Source: a virus
Strand: one strand, 5' to 3'
IMG/VR virus record: IMGVR_UViG_2846363972_000001
Coordinates: 4,643-68,642 of that record
DNA: 64,000 nucleotides
How positions within the stretch are numbered: position 1 is the stretch's first letter; each line of letters starts with the position of its first letter. Position numbers and translations under genes: made by a program. Under the pieces are notes generated by a model. That model saw only the letters and a list, made by a program, of their open reading frames with translations. It ran no database searches and was not told where the DNA came from. This document shows positions 57,645 to 64,000 of this stretch, piece after piece.

Positions 57645-59780
57645 CTAATAACACCTTATAGATACATGAATATCATTATTGGGCACAGTTACTTCGTAAT
57701 CCGTTACGCCAGCGTCAATTTCTGCTGTATCAGTACTTGCCTGCTCAATATCCTCAGTTTGAACACGAAATGCATAGCCGCGCTTTACCGGCTGATCGTA
57801 ATAATAAAAACCGGTTTCATAACGCACATAACCCTGGCATTGATAAAGCTTAAATGATGATTTCCCTGAGCCAATTGAATCGCCGCCTGCAGGTTTGTCC
57901 GGCTGGTTTGTTTCAGTCTCATCAGGATTTTTATCACTGTCCGGATCATTCTCAATAATCTTCACACCAAAAGGCACCACATAATCATTAAGGACGATAT
58001 AAGGGTTATAAGTGGACAAAGGTAATTCAGGACGTGGCGGAGGATTAGGCGTTAAGGTTAAATTGCTGGTATTACTAAGCGGATTAATAAAACATGCGCC
58101 TGTGATTTCTGTTTCGCTAGTTAAGAATAAAAAATCCATCTTATGTGTATAACTTTTAACCTTAACATTACCCTTAAACCTGTCTGTATTAACAAAAATG
58201 GTATTATCAAGGCTAATTGCCGGTGCAAACTTAGTAATTAAATTAAGCTCATTGTGCCGGTGTGATTCCAGTATCTTTGTATATGCAACATGATAAATAA
58301 CCTGCATTGCACGTGCATATTCATCAGGAATAATATTATCGACATTAATGGTGTAATCACCGTTTGCCTGACTGGTCCCCATTGGCCTGAAATATTTCTT
58401 TTCATTCCCCCAGTTTTTGGCAATCTTGTCTTTATCGGCATCCTGCTTAATCGTGAAGCTTAATTTTTCCTTTTTTACGCCATGCAACTGAATTGAAGGT
58501 GTATTAGTGATCACAAACTGATACTTTTCATCAATCCCCTGTTTCCAGCGGCGCATAGCCGTCCAGCTCGCACGCATAGCATATAAATCGCCTTTTGCCG
58601 TGGTTTTTGCAACCTGCACAACGTTAACAATAGGGTTGCCGTTTGCGTCTTTATCACCGGTTGGCTGGTACTGATATTCATAATCAGCCGCGCTGAAATA
58701 GGTTGTGCCATACCATCCGCTGGGCGGCGTACCCTTTGCACGGAAATTACCTACCAGCCATCCGCCACCGGTTGCTGCGCTGTAAACATCATCATATTTA
58801 GGCGGCGGCCCCTCATGGCGGACATTTTTGATGTAATCAATATCATTTTGAAAGCCGCAATAAATATACTCAAAATAATTCTCACGATGAAACAGGCGGT
58901 CAAACTGATGGTGTACTTCTATCTCTACGCGATTGACTAACGATGTTGCGCCACCCAGCTTAAAGCTAACCTGCCGCTCATAACAATCGCAATTAGTTAA
59001 CGTCCAGTCTGCTTTAGCTTTAGGCAGCCATCCGGTTAAAACTGCCTGCCCGCGCGCATCAAAGTCAAAAGACGCAGGAACAGTACTTAGTCTGTCTGTG
59101 AGTTCAGCATTAAGTGTTTCATAGTTTGATAACTCCCCGAAAACACTTTCACACCAGTAACCGATTTTACGGATAGTATCTGTGCCCAGTTTTTCAATTG
59201 AACTGCTGCGGTCGTTGCTTGCCGTTAATGTCCTTGTGTATTTCAGAAAATCAATATCAGGCGTATCCACAATACCCGTAAACAAGGGATAAAAATATTT
59301 ATTGTTCTGAATATAAATCGTTATCGGCTGGTTATAGTAAAGATACATATCCACTTCGCCGCATTCTTCTTTAAGATATAAAGTAGCTTTGGCAGATTCA
59401 CCCTCGGTATAGTTGATTTCACAACTGCGCATTAGTTTGCACGGATCTATCTCATCACCGTTGATATACACCTTTACCGCATAATTCTGATAATCCAGCC
59501 CGATCGACTGCAAGCCATTCATAGGTGCAAATGAGACGTCTCCGGCAACCGTTTGCGCCAACCCCAGCAACATTCCATCAACTTCATAATTAACAACTTG
59601 TGCCAGCGGTAACCTGCTTTCCGTTTCATGCTCATCAATAACAGACTGAGACAACGCCAGCAGCATGCCTGTTTCCTCGCGCGATTCCACAGACTGCCCT
59701 AGTGCCAGCAGCAGCACTGATTCGCCGTCTGCCGTATCTGTTGCCAGTACTGCATGGCTCAAAGCTGAATTATTTAACAT
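57645..59780 (-). CDS. Putative tail-tip hub/host-specificity protein
   Basis: 711-aa beta-rich ORF in tail operon. Confidence 0.5.
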   Translation of the reverse strand: MLNNSALSHAVLATDTADGESVLLLALGQSVESREETGMLLALSQSVIDEHETESRLPLAQVVNYEVDGMLLGLAQTVAGDVSFAPMNGLQSIGLDYQNYAVKVYINGDEIDPCKLMRSCEINYTEGESAKATLYLKEECGEVDMYLYYNQPITIYIQNNKYFYPLFTGIVDTPDIDFLKYTRTLTASNDRSSSIEKLGTDTIRKIGYWCESVFGELSNYETLNAELTDRLSTVPASFDFDARGQAVLTGWLPKAKADWTLTNCDCYERQVSFKLGGATSLVNRVEIEVHHQFDRLFHRENYFEYIYCGFQNDIDYIKNVRHEGPPPKYDDVYSAATGGGWLVGNFRAKGTPPSGWYGTTYFSAADYEYQYQPTGDKDANGNPIVNVVQVAKTTAKGDLYAMRASWTAMRRWKQGIDEKYQFVITNTPSIQLHGVKKEKLSFTIKQDADKDKIAKNWGNEKKYFRPMGTSQANGDYTINVDNIIPDEYARAMQVIYHVAYTKILESHRHNELNLITKFAPAISLDNTIFVNTDRFKGNVKVKSYTHKMDFLFLTSETEITGACFINPLSNTSNLTLTPNPPPRPELPLSTYNPYIVLNDYVVPFGVKIIENDPDSDKNPDETETNQPDKPAGGDSIGSGKSSFKLYQCQGYVRYETGFYYYDQPVKRGYAFRVQTEDIEQASTDTAEIDAGVTDYEVTVPNNDIHVSIRCY

Positions 59781-59782
59781 GA

Positions 59783-60373
59783 TTAAATTGCCTGTTTGCT
59801 AAATCGAAGCTTATTTGTACCAATATAAATACACGGATCTGTACTGTCGTTGCGTACGTCCGTAAAACGGTTAGTTAGGCGCATATAAATTGCAACCGGT
59901 GAGCCGCCCTGTAAACTTTTGCCAAGACTAACACCGGAGCCGGCATCCGCTTTATCCAGTCCGGCTCTGTTTAATGCCAGCCGCACATCACAGGGTACAA
60001 ACTTTGCCCCGTAATGAGTAAACTGCGCCGTTCCGGAATTAATCGTGGTCCCGGCGTGCCCTGCACCCCATTCAGGCTCACCGTCACCGCTGGTGCCCGG
60101 TGTTGTGCATTTGTACATAAAACCGTTTGAAACAGTTGGCTCAATAATCTCTCCAGCTTTGTAGTATTTTCTTGGCTTCCACTTCTCAAGCATACTTACC
60201 GGTGTAAGGGTAATAGGCGCATCTGTAACTGATACCACCGTTTCCTGAGCATCATTACTGCCATAATACAAAACTATATCCACTGATCCTGTGCCATTGT
60301 AAGTAACAGGATACGGACTGGTTGCCTCTGATGTCATTTCAGGATCTAGCCAGAATGTAAACATATTCACCAC
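59783..60373 (-). CDS. Tail protein with CBM5/12-like motif
   Basis: WKPRKYYKAGEIIEPTVSNGFMYKC. Confidence 0.6.
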   Translation of the reverse strand: MVNMFTFWLDPEMTSEATSPYPVTYNGTGSVDIVLYYGSNDAQETVVSVTDAPITLTPVSMLEKWKPRKYYKAGEIIEPTVSNGFMYKCTTPGTSGDGEPEWGAGHAGTTINSGTAQFTHYGAKFVPCDVRLALNRAGLDKADAGSGVSLGKSLQGGSPVAIYMRLTNRFTDVRNDSTDPCIYIGTNKLRFSKQAI

Positions 60374-60615
60374 TTCCCATTAGGACATTTCTGATTAGTT
60401 AAAGCCGCTTTAGCAATAACATAACAATTACATTTGCCGCACCTGTCGCCTTTTGTAGCAGGAGTTCCAAGCGGCACAATAGAATGAAACCGCTTTAAAT
60501 CAGTACAATTGCCGCAAATTTCCAGGCGTTCACGATAATTCGCAACAAATGTACTGATTTTATTTCTTGCTGTTATAAAAGCACTTGGTGCTGGCTTTTT
60601 TCCGCAGCAACTCAT
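60367..60615 (-). CDS. Small Cys-rich (probable metal-binding) protein
   Basis: CC, CxxC, CxxCxC, CP.GKW. Confidence 0.6.
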   Translation of the reverse strand: MSCCGKKPAPSAFITARNKISTFVANYRERLEICGNCTDLKRFHSIVPLGTPATKGDRCGKCNCYVIAKAALTNQKCPNGKW

Positions 60616-60619
60616 TTTT

Positions 60620-60847
60620 TTAACCGCTTTCTTGACCCATCATTTCTTTAGCCAGTTCGGCACGTTCTTTTGCACTCAGTTTTATAACCTGTTTGCGCTC
60701 ATACTCTTTGCGCCAATCTTCATTCTGGGTTAGGTTATAAGCAATCTGGCTTAATATCTCGCTTTTCGGCCATGTTGCTACTACGAATAACGGCGTATGC
60801 AGCTCACGCGATAACGCTAACAGCATTCTTCGCATGGGCTGTTCCAT
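60620..60847 (-). CDS. TAC extension (gpT-like)
   Basis: In the -1 frame of upstream TAC at A AAA AAA (60850-60856). Confidence 0.7.
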   Translation of the reverse strand: MEQPMRRMLLALSRELHTPLFVVATWPKSEILSQIAYNLTQNEDWRKEYERKQVIKLSAKERAELAKEMMGQESG

Positions 60848-61197
60848 TATTTTTTTGCTTCTGAATCAATACTCCCGTCGGATAAAGATTTTTCGCCCTG
60901 AATGTTTCTTGCTATCGCCATAATGAGTTCTGATGGCAACTTCAGGACATCTTCAACACTCTGGAAAACCGGTTCGCCATCTTCATTTACTACCATCAGA
61001 CGGACTAAATGCGCAGACAATACAGCGTTGTTAACAGAATCGTTTTTATGGTGCGATAAAATAACATCGTAATATTCAACCAGATCCTGACCGGACATTT
61101 CGGCTTTTAAATCAATACTTCCATAGTTATCTATTTGAACTGTTTTAATGCTGGGTTTTGCAAATTTACTCCAGTCAATTTTCAGGGCATTCTTCAT
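60847..61197 (-). CDS. Tail assembly chaperone
   Basis: Follows tube; VNEDGEPVF...VLKLP motif. Confidence 0.7.
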   Translation of the reverse strand: MKNALKIDWSKFAKPSIKTVQIDNYGSIDLKAEMSGQDLVEYYDVILSHHKNDSVNNAVLSAHLVRLMVVNEDGEPVFQSVEDVLKLPSELIMAIARNIQGEKSLSDGSIDSEAKK

Positions 61198-61238
61198 TTT
61201 TAATCTCCATTAAAAAAGCCGCTTAAAGCGGCTGCGGT

Positions 61239-61787
61239 TTATTTGGTTTTTTGCGATTTACTAGGGTTTTCAGGTGTTTCCGGCGTTTCAGGGACATTGG
61301 GAGTTTCCGGCGTATAGGTTTCCTTTGTCCATGCAGCATCGGCAACAGTTGATAATTCCATTGAGCCCCCTAAAACCTCCCCAACTTTGCTATTCCAGCT
61401 CGGATTGACTTCCTTTTGACAGAAAAAAGTGCAGACATCCGCATCTATCGCTTCTTCATTAGGGTCGCAGTAAATTACCCTCACCTTTAACAGGCTATTG
61501 ACTAGCGCATTCATGTAAGCAGCTAAAGCCGGCTGTCTGGGGTCAAAACGCTTTAAGTTAATGGATAACGTGCCATTGTCTTTAGCCCCCGCCATAAATG
61601 ATTTTGTGCCTTTAGCTGCCTGGCAAAAATCTGTTGTGTCGTGCTTATCAGTTTTGCCATCTTTAAAATCATAGCTGTCATGACCGCAAAGCTGAATATT
61701 CTCACCATATTCCTGTTTCTTCGAATCATAAAAAGAGAATTGCATCACTAATCCGTCGGACGGAATTGCGCGTGCTAATGTCGCCAT
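61239..61787 (-). CDS. Major tail (tube) protein
   Basis: DTTDFC...G..DNGT motif; position. Confidence 0.78.
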   Translation of the reverse strand: MATLARAIPSDGLVMQFSFYDSKKQEYGENIQLCGHDSYDFKDGKTDKHDTTDFCQAAKGTKSFMAGAKDNGTLSINLKRFDPRQPALAAYMNALVNSLLKVRVIYCDPNEEAIDADVCTFFCQKEVNPSWNSKVGEVLGGSMELSTVADAAWTKETYTPETPNVPETPETPENPSKSQKTK

Positions 61788-61789
61788 AT

Positions 61790-62173
61790 TTACTCCGTAA
61801 TTGTTTGATAGCGGATACTTACATTGACCATGTAATGCGTTGCAGTAGCCATTCCCTGTGAGCGGCTCACTGTTGATGTAAGCAATCCGTCAAATCGTTT
61901 ATTAAAGAAAAAACCATGCAATGCATCTGCATAGTTTTCCGCCATCGCTCTACCTGTTCCCGCCGGTGTATAAACGTTGATACTAAAAATGCCACTGTAA
62001 ATTTCAGTGGCATCAAACGTATCTATAATGGTCGGCTTAGGCAGATTTTTGGCTATAAAAAAAGCCCCTTTAGGGGGAACCTCAGGGACTTGGTTGTCAT
62101 AGTAGACTGGTGGCGCGTTGGGTAAGGCGGCAAGCCGCTGCTCCAATGCGTTACTGATATGATTAAATAGCAT
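61790..62173 (-). CDS. Tail terminator (DUF4128-like)
   Basis: YSGIFSINVYTPAGTG motif. Confidence 0.8.
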   Translation of the reverse strand: MLFNHISNALEQRLAALPNAPPVYYDNQVPEVPPKGAFFIAKNLPKPTIIDTFDATEIYSGIFSINVYTPAGTGRAMAENYADALHGFFFNKRFDGLLTSTVSRSQGMATATHYMVNVSIRYQTITE

Positions 62174-62175
62174 TA

Positions 62176-62631
62176 TTATTCGTCTTTCTTCGCCTCAGCA
62201 ATTCGTTGTACCGTCTGCTGCCATCCGGCAACTGTAAGACGGAAAAAGCCCTGCGGTGCCTGAGTAGAGTAACCGTTAACCGTTTTGCCTGTCGGAACTT
62301 TAGGCGGGTTAGGATATAGCCCGTACTCCAGTACGCGGATATAGGGCAAATTGCTGAACAAATAATAATAGGCAGGACGGGATTTACCGCTTTTCAGGCG
62401 CGACAGCAATTGTCTGGCTTCCGCTAAATTGCCCTGGCTGGTGTCTTTGGTTGTTTTACCGCTGCACTGATCCGCTTCAACAAACCAGTTAGATTTAGCC
62501 TGCCCTGTATCCTCAGGTGTGGCATCAACCATTTGCTGCTGCAAATCCAGTACAGCTTCTGAAACAATATTATCAGCCTTATTGCGCGCCTTATTCAGCA
62601 TTGCCTCTATTTGAGAAGCAAACGAATTCAT
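62176..62631 (-). CDS. HK97 gp10-like neck protein
   Basis: TPEDTGQAKSNW, SNLPY..VLEYG, STQAPQG. Confidence 0.85.
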   Translation of the reverse strand: MNSFASQIEAMLNKARNKADNIVSEAVLDLQQQMVDATPEDTGQAKSNWFVEADQCSGKTTKDTSQGNLAEARQLLSRLKSGKSRPAYYYLFSNLPYIRVLEYGLYPNPPKVPTGKTVNGYSTQAPQGFFRLTVAGWQQTVQRIAEAKKDE

Positions 62632-63047
62632 TGACGTACCTGCAATTTATAAATTACATCAATATTAGCAGGGCTTACACGCTCAATACTGATTAAACGC
62701 ATTTCCATATCGTTAACCAGTACACCATCTCCGATAACTGGTGTGGTGGCTATGTTTTCCAACAATACCACCATATCACCAGTCAAAATGCGCATGCCGT
62801 CAATTTCATTGTTACTGTAATGAAAAGCGCAGCCATAGCCGGTATAAGTCTCTATTGCCTGCTGATTACTGCCTGTAGCAGGATCATACTGCTCACCAGT
62901 CTTTCGCTTGATAGTAATAAGCTGCCCGAACTCTTTTAACAGATCAGCGGCAATAATCCCAAGTTCTTTATAATCGAAAGCCATATCACCCCCGATAAAC
63001 CGGTATCTGGTTAAAGCTGCTTTTAATATAAGGCGCAAGTAATGCAT
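62628..63047 (-). CDS. Head closure/joining protein
   Basis: YDPATG, IDG..IL.GD, YKLQVR; true start probably MAFDY. Confidence 0.7.
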   Translation of the reverse strand: MHYLRLILKAALTRYRFIGGDMAFDYKELGIIAADLLKEFGQLITIKRKTGEQYDPATGSNQQAIETYTGYGCAFHYSNNEIDGMRILTGDMVVLLENIATTPVIGDGVLVNDMEMRLISIERVSPANIDVIYKLQVRQ

Positions 63048-63417
63048 CTACATATTCAAAGCGTACACCAGTACTGTCACTGTAAGTAACTGAGATATCC
63101 GCCACTGTTACTGCCCGCCGTTTTTGCTCACCGTTATCAAACAGCCCGTTTTTTAACGCCAGCTCACAAACGGCTTTATATACCGGCTCAATAACAGCCT
63201 CGTCTCCTGCCCGCATCTTCCGATTCAGGTCATTACGCAGCTGATAACAGGCATCTACGTAATCCGAAGCAGCAACAAGCCGCAATTCCTTTTGGCTTGT
63301 CTCCAATGCCGCCCATTCCGCCTGCGACGGGCGAATAGAATGATAAGCGTCCGCCCGCTCTATGCTGACATAGCTATCACTCGGTACCCTGATCATTCTG
63401 CTCACCATCGCCCGCAT
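62986..63417 (-). CDS. Head-tail adaptor (DnaT-like fold family)
   Basis: DSYVSIE.ADAYH, ISVTY motifs. Confidence 0.7.
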   Translation of the reverse strand: MRAMVSRMIRVPSDSYVSIERADAYHSIRPSQAEWAALETSQKELRLVAASDYVDACYQLRNDLNRKMRAGDEAVIEPVYKAVCELALKNGLFDNGEQKRRAVTVADISVTYSDSTGVRFEYVDALLAPYIKSSFNQIPVYRG

Positions 63418-63754
63418 TTTGCGATTGCGTATGCTGCTGATACAAAGCTAATAGTTCGGCTTTCTTAGCTGCCTGCGGTATTTCTACACCCAGTTTCAGC
63501 AAGGCTTCGTTCAGCTCTTTAACCGTATTGGGCGTACTGCTTCCCTCTGCATTCTTGCCGGTATCACTTACAGCTTCGTCCTGCTTTACAAATTGTTTGT
63601 AAGGCTCCGGCACCTCTCCGGCTGCTTCATCGCATAGCTCTATACTATCCCCGTCACGATACATACTGACATCACGTACAAGATAGCCTTTGCCCTCAAC
63701 TTCCTGTACTTTTGCCGGGTCTAAGCCATACATAAAATATAGTTTTTTAGCCAC
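63377..63754 (-). CDS. Post-capsid protein with HeH/LEM-like motif
   Basis: TVKELNEAL...GVEIPQAAKKAELLAL. Confidence 0.65.
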   Translation of the reverse strand: MAKKLYFMYGLDPAKVQEVEGKGYLVRDVSMYRDGDSIELCDEAAGEVPEPYKQFVKQDEAVSDTGKNAEGSSTPNTVKELNEALLKLGVEIPQAAKKAELLALYQQHTQSQNAGDGEQNDQGTE

Positions 63755-63764
63755 AATTTGCCCC

Positions 63765-64000
63765 TTAAATATATGTGCGGCTTAGTTTAGCCAGCACACC
63801 GGCAGTATTTTTAACACTAGCGGGTACCTGTATCCAGTTGGTGCCAGTTGCAAGCGCAAGATTCGTCGGGGAGGCACCGCCTTTAGTAATATCCCATTTA
63901 TAACCTTTAACAGCTACGTTATACGACCATTCGGATTGATGCATAACGCCTAGATTTTCCCTGCCAAGAAGATCTTGTATTGCTGATTTATAGTCTGCGT
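63765..64000 (-). CDS. Major capsid protein C-terminus (partial)
   Basis: Hand translation ...GRENL...KGYKWDITKGGASPTNLALATGTNW...KNTAGVL. Confidence 0.75.
   Translation of the reverse strand, partial: ADYKSAIQDLLGRENLGVMHQSEWSYNVAVKGYKWDITKGGASPTNLALATGTNWIQVPASVKNTAGVLAKLSRTYI

Larger units (their letters stand above)
43116..64000. mobile_element. Prophage 2, non-contractile-tailed (siphovirus-type); continues beyond right edge
   Basis: Capsid C-terminus, head-tail genes, HK97 gp10-like, tail tube, TAC, TMP, holin pair, endolysin; no sheath or baseplate J. Confidence 0.9.

Noticed and set aside
1292-62125. Numerous plus-strand ORFs opposite structural genes (e.g. 2662-3189, 18975-19535, 49613-50038, 50396-50914)
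   Set aside because: Antisense shadows of well-supported minus-strand genes with no motifs or RBS

Overview
The window is entirely prophage DNA of about 40% GC. The host is probably a Neisseriaceae-like betaproteobacterium, inferred only from the tRNA fragment and gene content. Two prophages sit head-to-tail in the same orientation, joined at a 50-bp 3' fragment of tRNA-Ala(GGC) at 43116-43165 that looks like a shared att core. Prophage 1 (1-43165) has a contractile tail and is defective: nonsense codons in int, cro, antA and an HTH gene, a deleted replication module, and frameshifts or deletions in the tail fibre, spike, wedge and decoration genes. It still keeps intact cI, three type II TA loci (brnTA, higBA, hicAB), terminase, portal, capsid, sheath, tube and tape measure protein (TMP). 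Prophage 2 (43116 to beyond 64000) has a non-contractile tail; its capsid C-terminus, tail, moron island and lysis genes are visible. Top signals: (1) the prophage 1 TMP ends in two peptidoglycan-hydrolase domains and is followed by three periplasmic DUF3828-like paralogues plus an LprI-like protein, each preceded by the TMP 3' end or a degenerate copy of it, which resembles a polymorphic toxin/immunity array; (2) four covarying palindromes with a 45-46 bp period lie beside the att core; (3) a HipA-like kinase/DUF3037 pair; (4) three membrane proteins with an HPD-less J-domain-like N-terminus. Family names come from motif recognition by eye, not from database searches.
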